A stretch of DNA of 64,000 bases from positions 416,001-480,000 of the forward strand of contig CAVPBK010000009.1 of assembly GCA_963701855.1 (NCBI GenBank). Reading direction: 5' to 3'. The DNA is from Nitrospirota bacterium. GTDB lineage: Bacteria > Nitrospirota > Nitrospiria > Nitrospirales > Nitrospiraceae. Under the pieces are notes generated by a model. The model ran no database searches. It worked only from the letters and a program-made list of their open reading frames with translations, and had not been told where the DNA came from. Every line of letters starts with the position of its first letter. Positions within the stretch are counted from its first letter, which is position 1. Both the position numbers and the translations under genes were made by a program. This document shows, piece after piece, positions 40,129 to 49,790 of the stretch.

Positions 40129-41960
40129 GCTTTCGGGTAAAGATCCACGGCCTGATACCATTTCGTGAGCGCTGCGACTCTGACCGCGTGATCGGTCGAT
40201 AACTGCAACGGACGCCCGCGCCCATCCAGCAAGAGTCCCACCACACCGCCTTGGACTTCTCGCGTGACCGCGACTCCCGCGCCTGCCCCAAGATTCACTT
40301 GTTTCACCGGTTGAATCGTGATCGAGGCCTTCTGATCGCCGGCCAGGGGAACCAACCGCAGGTCGCCGAACGAAAGTGTCCCCTTGTCCACTCGACCATC
40401 TGGAAAGGTGATGGCATAGTCTGCGCACCGTTCCCCATCCTTCCCCTGCCCGATCGGCGCGACACAGGTCCCTAGATAGACCATGCAATCGCGGACGAAG
40501 ACATCGGTCGCCGCCTTCTCATTGATAGTCGAGAGCACGCCGAGGTGCGGCATCATGAAAATGCTGTCCACCGAGAGCCTCGTCACCCCAAGCGGTTCAT
40601 AGGCATCTACCATCATCAACATCGATTGCACGCGGCGCGGCGCATGGGACAGGATTCCGCCGCTTCCCACGATCAAATCCAGCTTGAGCATATCGATCAG
40701 CGTCTTACCGGACTGCTGCTGTTCGAACACATCAGAAATCGTGCGTTCTTGTTGTATGCCCTTGAGGGCTGTCGCAAGGGACTTGTGATGGATTAAGGCG
40801 AGCCGGAGCGCCTCGCGGGCAATTGCATGTTCGATCTGCAGCTCGTCCAGCGTCTGCGGAATCGTCGTCGGACGGACCATCTTGTTCTTGATCCGGTTGC
40901 GGAGCGTCTGTTCGTCGATCGTGAAGGGCACCCAGCGCATGATATTGGCGAGCCCTGCTTCGGCCAGTACATTGGAGATACTGTACGACATCCCGAGGTT
41001 TGCGCTGACAGTTCGATTGAAGAGTCCCTCAAAGACCGAGAATACGTCCGTGGTCGCGCCGCCGATATCCACCCCGATCAAGTTCAGGTGCTCCCGCTTG
41101 GCAATCGTTTCCATGATGACACCGACAGCTGCCGGCGTCGGCATGATCGGCGCGCCGGCCATCTCGATCAGTTTCTTGTAGCCCGGCGCCTGCTGCATGA
41201 CATGTTCGAGAAAGAGGTCGTGAATCTTGTTCCGTGCCGGTGCGAGGTTCTCCCGTTCCAACACCGGACGAATGTTGTCAGTCAGCACAAGCGCGGCTTT
41301 CTCGCCCAGGATCTTCTTTACTTGCGGCTGCGCGTCTTTGTTGCCTGCGTAAATTAACGGGAGCTTGTAGGTCGCCCCAAACCTGGGCCGTGGCTCCGCT
41401 GCCGAAATGTACTCCGCCATCTCGACCACATGGGTCACCGCCCCCCCGTCCGTCCCGCCGGACATCAAGATCATGTCCGGCCGCATTGTCCTGATACGTT
41501 CGATCTTTTCATGCGGCAAACGGCCGTCGTTCGACGCAAGCACGTCGATGACAATGGCGCCGGCCCCCAGCGCGGCCCGTTGTGCGCTCTCCCCCGTCAT
41601 GTTCTGCACTACGCCTGTGACCATCATCTGCAACCCGCCGCCCGCACTGCTGGTGGAGATGTAGATATCGACTCCAGTCTTCGCATCGCGACAGGGCGTG
41701 ATGATCTTATCGCCATCGAGGATTTTCCGGCCGGAGAGTTCTTCAATTTCCGCAATCGCGTTCAGCACCCCGCGCGTCACATCTTCGAATGGCGCTTCCA
41801 CCGTCGTCGGCGCTTCACCTCGATAGGTTTGCCGGTATTCGTCGCCGACCTTCTCGATCAGAATGGCTTTGGTCGTGGTGCTGCCACAGTCGGTGGCTAC
41901 GATAACGTTGAGGGGGTGGGTGATCACCGGCTTGATAGCTGCTGGACTCGGCACAGTCAT
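40122..41960 (-). CDS. GlmL/MutL (glutamate mutase L)-family ASKHA ATPase
   Basis: ATDCGSTTTKA, TSSAGGGL, SGGTDGG, IMPTP, VDIGGATTDVFS, RTVSANLGMSYS, GSGGIL. Confidence 0.88.
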   Translation of the reverse strand: MTVPSPAAIKPVITHPLNVIVATDCGSTTTKAILIEKVGDEYRQTYRGEAPTTVEAPFEDVTRGVLNAIAEIEELSGRKILDGDKIITPCRDAKTGVDIYISTSSAGGGLQMMVTGVVQNMTGESAQRAALGAGAIVIDVLASNDGRLPHEKIERIRTMRPDMILMSGGTDGGAVTHVVEMAEYISAAEPRPRFGATYKLPLIYAGNKDAQPQVKKILGEKAALVLTDNIRPVLERENLAPARNKIHDLFLEHVMQQAPGYKKLIEMAGAPIMPTPAAVGVIMETIAKREHLNLIGVDIGGATTDVFSVFEGLFNRTVSANLGMSYSISNVLAEAGLANIMRWVPFTIDEQTLRNRIKNKMVRPTTIPQTLDELQIEHAIAREALRLALIHHKSLATALKGIQQERTISDVFEQQQSGKTLIDMLKLDLIVGSGGILSHAPRRVQSMLMMVDAYEPLGVTRLSVDSIFMMPHLGVLSTINEKAATDVFVRDCMVYLGTCVAPIGQGKDGERCADYAITFPDGRVDKGTLSFGDLRLVPLAGDQKASITIQPVKQVNLGAGAGVAVTREVQGGVVGLLLDGRGRPLQLSTDHAVRVAALTKWYQAVDLYPKAG

Positions 41961-42349
41961 TGAGCGGAGGCTCCTTGAGGAGCCTGGGGAGAAGCTTTGG
42001 GTGCAGACTTCGTTTCAATGATGGCAATGAGACGGGAGATCGTATCGCGTCGTTCGAGCAACCGGGCCACTTGCTCGACTTCTTTCGCCTGAAAGGCCCA
42101 TTCAACGATGGGGGTCAGGAAATACAGCGCCTGGCTTCCGAGAAAGTTCATGGGACCGAGAGATTCCAAGAACACCGTTGCAGGAGCAGCCATGCCTCGT
42201 TTCACTACCGCATCGGCTACCCGTTCAAGCAGAGTATGGTCTTCGGTCGTAAGCACCTCGGCTCCTGATTTAGTCGAAAAGGCATGGGAAATCTCCACGC
42301 GGACCTTGTCCCATGTTTCCGCCACTGATGCCTTGGAGAAAGAAGTCAT
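41957..42349 (-). CDS. Conserved hypothetical protein, first gene of the operon
   Basis: VVKRGMAAPATVFLESLGPMNFLGSQ; ATGA overlap with the GlmL-like gene. Confidence 0.75.
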   Translation of the reverse strand: MTSFSKASVAETWDKVRVEISHAFSTKSGAEVLTTEDHTLLERVADAVVKRGMAAPATVFLESLGPMNFLGSQALYFLTPIVEWAFQAKEVEQVARLLERRDTISRLIAIIETKSAPKASPQAPQGASAQ

Positions 42350-42594
42350 AACTGTCTGGAAAGGCAGTCAAAGCCGACTAGCGAGCGGCATTATATTGAG
42401 GGGTCAGAGGAGAGTCAATAAATGCGCCGCTAGTTGTGCGAGACAGACGAGACTATTGAAACAGATTGATCTGGCTGGCTTGGCTCTTCTGGTTGTTCTG
42501 GTTCAAACAATCTTACATATGTGTTGCCGAGGTAACGGATCTCGTGCAAGAAAATGAATGCAACCCTGTCTCATTTTTTCAGCCAAGGCCTAAT

Positions 42595-43167
42595 TTATTG
42601 TGATGGTTGCTTCTTCAAATTAAAGTACAGCGTCCTCATCTCAGCTCCGCCAACGAAATTATGAGCCTTCCCCACCAGGGAAAGTTTCCCTCCGCCAAAC
42701 ATCCAATTTTCCTTACATCCCGTCTTGCCGAACTCCACGGCATAGACAAGTACGGCTGTCACGGGCACTTTGTTCTCCTGGTCTGGAGTAGGCTTAGTTT
42801 CCTGCGTTTCAAGGAGGAAATTTTTGTCCTCGACCTGGCCGCCATGTTCGCAAACGTAATGGACATTGCCGCTCAGGGTGATATCTTTCACGCCGCTGTT
42901 GAGATCTTCCACGGCCAGCGTCACCACGTATTGATCGCTGGACGGCACGTCAACAGACTGGCCATCTTTCGCGATCACTCTTGTCTCCTTCGTCTGCATG
43001 TTATACGTCTGCCAGGCCATAGTCGGGGGAGACGCGTCAGAACCGGGAATCAAAACCCTGGGTATCGGCTGGGGACAGCCGACCAAGGAAAGGCCCAAGA
43101 CGACAATGAGCCCAGGAAGCCCGAGCCGAACCAGATGCACATGACATGTCTTACCGTCCATCCTCAC
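42595..43167 (-). CDS. Putative lipoprotein
   Basis: Hydrophobic leader ending in lipobox LVGC. Confidence 0.65.
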   Translation of the reverse strand: MRMDGKTCHVHLVRLGLPGLIVVLGLSLVGCPQPIPRVLIPGSDASPPTMAWQTYNMQTKETRVIAKDGQSVDVPSSDQYVVTLAVEDLNSGVKDITLSGNVHYVCEHGGQVEDKNFLLETQETKPTPDQENKVPVTAVLVYAVEFGKTGCKENWMFGGGKLSLVGKAHNFVGGAEMRTLYFNLKKQPSQ

Positions 43168-43250
43168 ACCCTCCTTAACCCTCCTTAACCCTCACTTTTC
43201 ATGAACGCTTCTGCTGCAATCGTGGATTCACCACTGTGACATAGTACAGG

Positions 43251-43658
43251 TTAATATCCCCGCCCGGTGCTTCCACCGCGTCCCATCCGATCAAGCGGGA
43301 GCGCCTCGTATCGTGCCTTTATGTCTGGATGCTCGTTGAGATAGCTCTTGACCGCCGCCTCATCGGCGAAGACCTCCGGGCTGCGTTTTCGATATTCCTC
43401 GACCGTCAGATCGTACTTTGCCAAGAGCTTGCCGAGTTTCGTGTGGATATCCGCGCCCATTTCTTTCATCTGATCAGCTGATGGCCGCTGTCCCTCTTTG
43501 AACATCCCTCCACCCTGAAAGTAATTCGACATCATCTCACCGATATCAACACGAGCCTTCACAAACTTTTCGACCTCAGCCGGCTCTGCCGCAAGGCCGG
43601 CACCTGAGAACAGCAGGACCCCCAACGAGATTCCGATGATGTTACGCGCCAGATTCAT
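43251..43658 (-). CDS. Exported hypothetical protein
   Basis: AAGGAG RBS, MNLARN signal peptide ending GLA-A. Confidence 0.7.
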   Translation of the reverse strand: MNLARNIIGISLGVLLFSGAGLAAEPAEVEKFVKARVDIGEMMSNYFQGGGMFKEGQRPSADQMKEMGADIHTKLGKLLAKYDLTVEEYRKRSPEVFADEAAVKSYLNEHPDIKARYEALPLDRMGRGGSTGRGY

Positions 43659-44049
43659 GGATATCGGCTCCTTTGAGAAATATGGATAAGCAATTCGTTT
43701 TGTGGAAGCAGCGCCTATCATATCATCCCGGGCAGACAAAAGATGGAGGGAGATGGAGCCTGATGATCTTCTTTGCTCGCGCAACGCGCGGCCTCCGAAG
43801 GCTCTCGCCCGGACTAATGGCACGTCTCGGCGTGTCTTGGAAGGATCATTTGGAGAAATGCGGGTCGCTTGATGCACGCAGTACCGGGCCACTCCTTTAT
43901 AACTTACCTCATCGATCGACCATCATGTCCACGGCACAACATAATACCGTCTGGCAGTTCTCGAATATTAGGTTTTCATGGTGCTGATTCTGCTAGGATA
44001 GCTGTGTGTCGTTTCTTGGCCTGCGAGATTGATAGAAAGGACGTGTATC

Positions 44050-45081
44050 TTGAACCCAACAAAACTCATTGCCGCGATTATCGTGATTGCTCTGATCGGA
44101 CTCCCGACCCTCTCCTTTGCGAGAGCGCGAGGCGGAGGATATGGTGGCGGATATTCCAGCGGTTCACGGAGCAGTGGCGCCCCAGGGAGCATGGGGAGCC
44201 GTGGATCTCGCACCTATGAGCAGAACGGCGCGAAGCCGATTGAACAGTCGGTCACTCCGAAGCCATCCGTGGCCACGCCACCATCAACGACCGGCGGCCA
44301 GGCTCCAACCGCCCAGCCAACGCCTACAAGGCAGCCCTCGTTTATGCAGCGAAATCCCCTGTTGGCTGGTCTCGCAGCCGGCATCGCCGGATCATATATC
44401 GGCAATATGCTGTTCGGAGCAACGAACAGCAGCGCGAGTACCACCAATACCGGAGAGCAGGCTGGTGAGGCCGCCACGACCTCCGGAGCCACCAGCTCCA
44501 CTGGAATACTCCTCATTCTCATGCTCTTGGGAGCAGGAGCGTTCTTTTATTTCATGAAAGTACGTCGACCCGTCCCTGATTTTTCTGGAATCACGCGAAA
44601 CAGCGCCATCAGCGGCAGTCTGTTATCAGAGCCTTCCGCCACGACCCTCCAAACCACGGCAGTGGTCAGCGAAGTCACCTCCGCTGACAAGGCGGCTTTT
44701 CAACAACTGCTGACCGATATTCAAACGGCATGGAGCAACCAAGACCTCGCTGGATTACGGCGATCCGTCACACCGGAAATGTTGTCGTATTTCAGTACCG
44801 CCTTGGCCGAACAGGCCAGCCTAGACATTGCAAATCATGTAGAGGACGTGGTGCTTGTACAGGCAGATGTCCGGGAAGCCTGGGTCGAAGACACGACGCG
44901 CTATGCGACGATAGGGCTTAGCTGGAGTGCCCGTGACTACACCGTATCCTTGACCAAACGGCGAGGAGATCCAGGGTATCTCGTCGAGGGCAGCGATGAG
45001 ACGCCAACCAAGTCCAATGAAGTGTGGACATTCATGCGATACCAGGATGGGAAGTGGTTGCTCTCAGCGATTCAGCAATAG
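44050..45081 (+). CDS. Tim44-like domain protein
   Basis: ARARGGG...MGSRGSRT, IQTAWS, TPEML, EVWTF, WLLSAIQQ; TTG start after AGAAAGG. Confidence 0.9.
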   Translation: MNPTKLIAAIIVIALIGLPTLSFARARGGGYGGGYSSGSRSSGAPGSMGSRGSRTYEQNGAKPIEQSVTPKPSVATPPSTTGGQAPTAQPTPTRQPSFMQRNPLLAGLAAGIAGSYIGNMLFGATNSSASTTNTGEQAGEAATTSGATSSTGILLILMLLGAGAFFYFMKVRRPVPDFSGITRNSAISGSLLSEPSATTLQTTAVVSEVTSADKAAFQQLLTDIQTAWSNQDLAGLRRSVTPEMLSYFSTALAEQASLDIANHVEDVVLVQADVREAWVEDTTRYATIGLSWSARDYTVSLTKRRGDPGYLVEGSDETPTKSNEVWTFMRYQDGKWLLSAIQQ

Positions 45082-45319
45082 GAGAGAATGGGGAGCCCTG
45101 GCCGTCCTCCTGCTCGCGGAACGCGCACGATAAGAATGTGCTCGTTTGACGCGCGCAATCGAGGATCAGCAGGCTCCCCTGACAGAAGAAAAAGAAGCGA
45201 GCTGGGGAACTATTTGATGCAATGAAGCGATGGGCTCTGACGATTCCAGTGCGAAGCAGTTTTCTGGCCAGATTCTTATTGCAACCTTCAAAGACTAGAT
45301 TACGCTAGACCGACACATG

Positions 45320-45635
45320 AACCCTCATTATTCACGAGAGTTCGTAACGAAACCGCTGAGATGCTAAGCGAGACGGGTGCGCGGAGCCGCGAGGCGGGGT
45401 AACACCACGCCTGGGAGTTCCGAAGGGGGTGTGCCCCCTTCGTGGGGATTCTACAAGGGGGCTGGCCCCCTTGTAAGAGTGGGTGAGGCAGGCTTCTGGG
45501 CCGAGCCCACGAGGAAGGGAGGCATACTTGAAACAGTCCGTTGACCGACTGAGTGGCGAGCCTGCCCGCCGTATGGCTTGTCGCAACGGCGTATCGGCGG
45601 TTGGAGTAGAAGTCTTCGTGAATAATGCGGGTTAA
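45320..45635. repeat. Family B MITE-like element
   Basis: Terminal IRs AACCCTCATTATTCACGA / TCGTGAATAATGCGGGTT with internal GC hairpins. Confidence 0.7.
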
Positions 45636-45657
45636 AGCCGCCGGAAAGCTTGTCGTC

Positions 45658-46363
45658 TTACCCTACTCGTTGCCCTCGAAATTCCAAAATTGCATTTTCA
45701 CCCCCCCGTTCATACAAATCGCACGGCCGATTATCTGTATCGACACAGTAGCAGTATGTTCGCTCTTTCAATTTCGCAATCTTCAGCCCCTTCTTGCGTG
45801 CTCGCCGAATGAAGTCAAGATCCTCCGCTAAGGGGAAATTGTGGAACCCATTCAATTTCTTGAACACAGACGTTCTGGCAAAAAATGTCCCACTTGCATA
45901 GGATTTGCTGAAATGAATCATCTTACCGGGACGCTGTGTATCAGGGACATACTACCTTTCGACAGGGCCAACATACTCAATGCCTCCGTAGATCAACGCT
46001 GGCGAAGGCTTTTTCTCCATCGCTCGGATTCGTACCGACAGATGATATTCTCGATATTCATCATCTGAATCTAAAAAAGTCACATACTCCCCTGAGGCAA
46101 GTGCAATACCGATATTCCGCGATCGTGCAAGACCTTTATTTGCGTGGTAGACATACCTGATGCGCGGGTCTGATTTCACAACCGGCATTGCAGCCTGCCC
46201 GAGATTGTCCGCACTGCCGTCGTCAATAATGATGAGCTCCCAGTTGTGGTAGGACTGTGTCAGTACCGACGCACGGGCACGGGCCACAAGGTGCGCGCGA
46301 TTGTATACAGAGGATGACCGAGACAAGGGGTACATTATTAGGCTTGGAGACTGTTGTCTTCAT
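45658..46363 (-). pseudogene. Glycosyltransferase family 2, disrupted
   Basis: PLVSVIL, frameshift, then YNRA, IIDDGS, RNIG, FLDSDD; in-frame TAG at 45952; AEDLDF downstream. Confidence 0.85.
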
Positions 46364-46840
46364 TCCCCAGAGAGCCAGCAAGCACGCCTGGACGAAACCA
46401 GGCTGTTTGGTTGATCTGATCTATTTAGTTGGTCTTGCGTATCTAGTTCATGTTGTTTACTTCGTTCGTCGGACCAAAAATACCAGAGAAACCGGGCAAA
46501 CAGTACGAGCAAGAATGAACAAACAGACGAGCGAGGACCTGACTGAGCGGCGTATTCGCCGCACTATTCGCTATCGCAGGCGCGTGTGTGGTAGAGTGTC
46601 CTGGCAATACCGAACGATGGATACGGCCATATCTTTCGCGTCTCGTTCCGTGCTGACGATGCCCCGTGGGATCGTTCTTGAATCTCGGCTGCTCCTCCGT
46701 CAACGCCGTGCCGATTCTTTTGGTTATCGATTCGAGGGCACTCGCAAGAGAAGAGCGCCTCGACGTTTCCGCAACGGCGGGATGGGCGATCAAAAACCGA
46801 TAGTTATTTTTCAATTAATAACAGAATACAGGGAGAGACC

Positions 46841-47185
46841 ATGACCATGAAGCCCGTGAAGCCCATACAGCCACGAACAACCACGGCCTGGGTCCGCATT
46901 CCTGATGGCACGAAGGTCAAGCACCGGCATGAGGGACATGTCGGATTCATCGATGGGCTCACCGAGATTGTCAGCGGACCCAACCGAAATCCGGATGGAA
47001 AGACGCAATATCGTATGAATATAGGGGCGCCGGATCGGCAACTCGTGACCGAAGGCGACTTGTCTATCTTAATCGACGATGAAGATCTCGTCATCATGCT
47101 GCGACAGAAGGCGCCCTATCGCCGTGCTGTCACACAATCGCTGCACAGCGTGCTGGCACCGGACCGCTTCGTCAAGCCAGCCTAG
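46841..47185 (+). CDS. Conserved hypothetical protein (SH3/KOW-like beta content)
   Basis: GGGAGAG RBS; RIPDGTKVKHR...GFIDGLTE. Confidence 0.7.
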   Translation: MTMKPVKPIQPRTTTAWVRIPDGTKVKHRHEGHVGFIDGLTEIVSGPNRNPDGKTQYRMNIGAPDRQLVTEGDLSILIDDEDLVIMLRQKAPYRRAVTQSLHSVLAPDRFVKPA

Positions 47186-47305
47186 CAAATTCCGCAACAC
47201 GCGAAACTGGCTGGAAAAGCGTGATCGGCAGGTTCAGAGCCGGCCTATCATGCACCTGTAAGGCTGGAGAGCTTCTTCAGCATACTGTGGGAGGGGGAGA
47301 CAACC

Positions 47306-47554
47306 ATGACAGAAACCTGCTACGCCAAAGGCCAAAAAGTTATCTTGGTTACCAGCCAGACCAAAAACGGTAACTGGTTGTGCACGTTTTCGATTTCAGG
47401 ATTCAGCCATCTTGCCGGCGGCCTGCATGGACAAGCTTCCTCGAAAGGCCACAAAACGGAATGGGAAGCGAGAACTGATGCGTTTCAGCGCGCCAAGTTG
47501 TTCCTGGATGGGCCACAAGACATAATGCAGAGACACCCTCTAGCAAAGACCTAA
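47306..47554 (+). CDS. Small hypothetical protein
   Basis: GGGGGAG RBS before ATG; 82 aa. Confidence 0.55.
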   Translation: MTETCYAKGQKVILVTSQTKNGNWLCTFSISGFSHLAGGLHGQASSKGHKTEWEARTDAFQRAKLFLDGPQDIMQRHPLAKT

Positions 47555-47688
47555 TCCGCATTATTTTGTTAACGGCTTTCGTAAAATCACAGAGAAAACG
47601 TTCTTCTGACCGCCCTAGCCTTTAACCCCGCACCTCTCGCCTGAGCATCGGCCGTTGCAGTAGAAACCTTTGTGAATGATGTGCGTTA
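47551..47688. repeat. Degenerate family B element between convergent stop codons
   Basis: CTAATCCGCATTATT ... TGTGAATGATGTGCGTTA; each end contains a TAA stop of a flanking gene. Confidence 0.55.
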
Positions 47689-48030
47689 TACCCAGGTTCT
47701 GTGGACCTCGCTGATGTGCTCTACCCCACCCACAGCGCTGATTTCCCACCGAACGTCATCCGGGATTGCGACCACCCGCAACTCTGCGCCATGGCCATTG
47801 GCAGTCCCACCGAGTTCCTCCACGACTTGGGCTAGCTTCAAATCATCGCGTGGGATGAGTTTTCCACACTGATTGAGGCTCGGCTCTCTCGTCGTCGCCG
47901 CCTCGGGCCAGTAGGCGCCTATATCTATTTCTTTGAGCGCGTCCTGCTGGCCTAGTTCACGCAATCGTAGGAAAGCCTGATGACTCACACAAAAACTGCC
48001 GTAACTCTTATTGATCACAATCTTTTTCAT
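47686..48030 (-). CDS. Hypothetical protein of a phage-associated type
   Basis: KIVINKSYGSF.VS, PRDD.KL.QVVEELG..ANG, IPDDV.W.I...G.E. Confidence 0.65.
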   Translation of the reverse strand: MKKIVINKSYGSFCVSHQAFLRLRELGQQDALKEIDIGAYWPEAATTREPSLNQCGKLIPRDDLKLAQVVEELGGTANGHGAELRVVAIPDDVRWEISAVGGVEHISEVHRTWV

Positions 48031-48131
48031 GGACCGATCCTTTCTGCTTTATCAGGGTTCTCGGTGTCGCGCTCTTCATGACCGGGCAGTGCATCAGCCC
48101 CACTTCCCTTACGATCAGCCTGCGCCATTCG

Positions 48132-48377
48132 TCAGGCTACCTTTACCGGGTCTGCATACTTACTAGTGTAGTTCCCGGACCAATGAGAGTAGCGTCGGTT
48201 CGCCCAGGTATTGACTTCGGCATTCTCAGTTGTGCCATATCGCTTTGCCAGCACAGCGGTGAACGTGCCTAGGTTCCCCTCGATCTCCAGAAGATCCTCG
48301 TCCGTAATCTTCCCCCACTTCGCTTTGAGTGGCGCCTTGAGTTGACTCCAAAACGCTTTGAATTGTTCCTGATTCAT
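48132..48377 (-). CDS. CsbD family protein
   Basis: WSQLK..LKAKWGKITDEDL.EIEG...KRYG. Confidence 0.85.
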   Translation of the reverse strand: MNQEQFKAFWSQLKAPLKAKWGKITDEDLLEIEGNLGTFTAVLAKRYGTTENAEVNTWANRRYSHWSGNYTSKYADPVKVA

Positions 48378-48764
48378 GGAGCACCCCTTTCTCGCGTGAT
48401 GAAATAGAAACGTAGACTCACAGAATGGCCGAATCATCCCATCGACTAGACGCAATCCCTGCGCTCGTCAGAGACTGCAATAGTGGGCACGCAGAACGTG
48501 CGACAACCAATGGGAACACTGGCGTAGAAGCGGCGGAGACTGGAGAATCAGACGCACGGGAACGTGGCGGGGAATGCTGTGCGAGAGATGGGACAGTCGG
48601 CGTAGCTCAGTACGTCTGTACCTAGCCTACAGTGCACAGAGGGAAAGAGTCAATGTGAGATAGATAGGAACTGGCTCTAACGACTGCCAGGCTGCGAAAA
48701 AACTTTGTGTGACACAATGAAAAGTCACTGACCAGCATGTCTTGTCTAATAGGGCGCAACTTTG

Positions 48765-48888
48765 CAGGATGCTCAAAAAGTCCGTCCAGCAAGGCCGCAG
48801 GCGAATCGAAACCGGAGGCGTACCTCAGGGATACGTTGAGGATTTCGATGAACCGAGAACGAAGCTGGCGGAATTTTTCAGCATCCTG
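48765..48888 (-). repeat. Family A palindromic element
   Basis: CAGGATGCTCAAAAAG...TTTTTCAGCATCCTG; 3 nt from the ung stop. Confidence 0.85.
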
Positions 48889-48891
48889 CCG

Positions 48892-49572
48892 CTAGATATC
48901 TGGGATCTGCCAATCAATCGGAGATAACCCGGCATCGGCAAGGTCTCGGTTGATCTGTGAGAAACAGCGGCATCCGTAAAACTTTCTGACAGCCAAGGGC
49001 GAAGGATGTGCGTTTGCGATCACGGTGTGGTGTGGTTGTGTAATTAACAGCCGTTTCTTCTGGGCTTCGCGTCCCCATAGCACGAAGACCACCCTTGCCT
49101 GCTTCGCCGTAACCAATTCGATAATACGATCGGTGAATAGTTCCCAGCCTTGTCCCTGGTGAGAATTGGCTTGGCCAGCCCGGACCGTGAGGACCGTGTT
49201 CAGCATGAGGACACCCTGTCTAGCCCAAGGTTCTAAATACCCATTATTGGGGATCCGACATCCGACATCGTTATGGAGCTCCCGATAGACGTTTCGCAAC
49301 GAGAAAGGCAACGGACGAACAGTCGGTTGCACGGAAAAACAGAGGCCATGCGCATAGCCAGGGGTAGGATAGGGATCCTGGCCGATAAGCACCACGCGGA
49401 CCTGGTCATAGGACGTTGAGGCCAATGCATTGAAGATGTCCTGGCGGGCCGGCAGGATCGTCTGCTCACTGGCCAGTTCTCTCTCAAGAAATGTATCAAG
49501 CGCGCGATAATATGGCTTGCGCGTCTCTTCTTTGAGGAAGGATCGCCAGCATAGAGGAATGGGAGGGAGCAT
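48892..49572 (-). CDS. ung: Uracil-DNA glycosylase family 1
   Basis: GQDPY, AHGLCFSV, WARQGVLMLNTVLTV, HPSPL. Confidence 0.95.
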   Translation of the reverse strand: MLPPIPLCWRSFLKEETRKPYYRALDTFLERELASEQTILPARQDIFNALASTSYDQVRVVLIGQDPYPTPGYAHGLCFSVQPTVRPLPFSLRNVYRELHNDVGCRIPNNGYLEPWARQGVLMLNTVLTVRAGQANSHQGQGWELFTDRIIELVTAKQARVVFVLWGREAQKKRLLITQPHHTVIANAHPSPLAVRKFYGCRCFSQINRDLADAGLSPIDWQIPDI

Positions 49573-49790
49573 AGGAGAAACTGATACCACACAACCAACT
49601 GTAAAGCTCCCCACAAAATATAGATGCCTGCTTGATCCCTCCCCTGTGCAGACCGTTCCGTCGGCCGACTGTTTCTAATGATTCAGACTCTCCCGCTTGG
49701 AGATATCAGAACGAGGACACATATCTGCGAGCAATCAGACCCCCTCGCTATAACTCGCGCCCTTGCTCTGGGGAGAGCCCATAGAGGCTC

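Noticed and set aside
40122..41960. DNA mismatch repair MutL or a glutamate mutase operon
   Set aside because: Motifs are ASKHA, not GHKL; no GlmS/GlmE genes nearby
45332..45586. 84-aa ORF and similar ORFs over repeats (48742-48927, 62303-62536, 15176-15514)
   Set aside because: They are translations of palindromic repeat elements
12192..46363. Alternative genetic code suggested by several in-frame stops
   Set aside because: TAA, TAG and TGA all occur as lesions alongside frameshifts, and all three end normal genes
46443..46814. 123-aa minus-strand ORF upstream of the GT2 pseudogene
   Set aside because: No recognisable motif, 3' part is low-complexity repeat; possibly a decayed gene but unsupported
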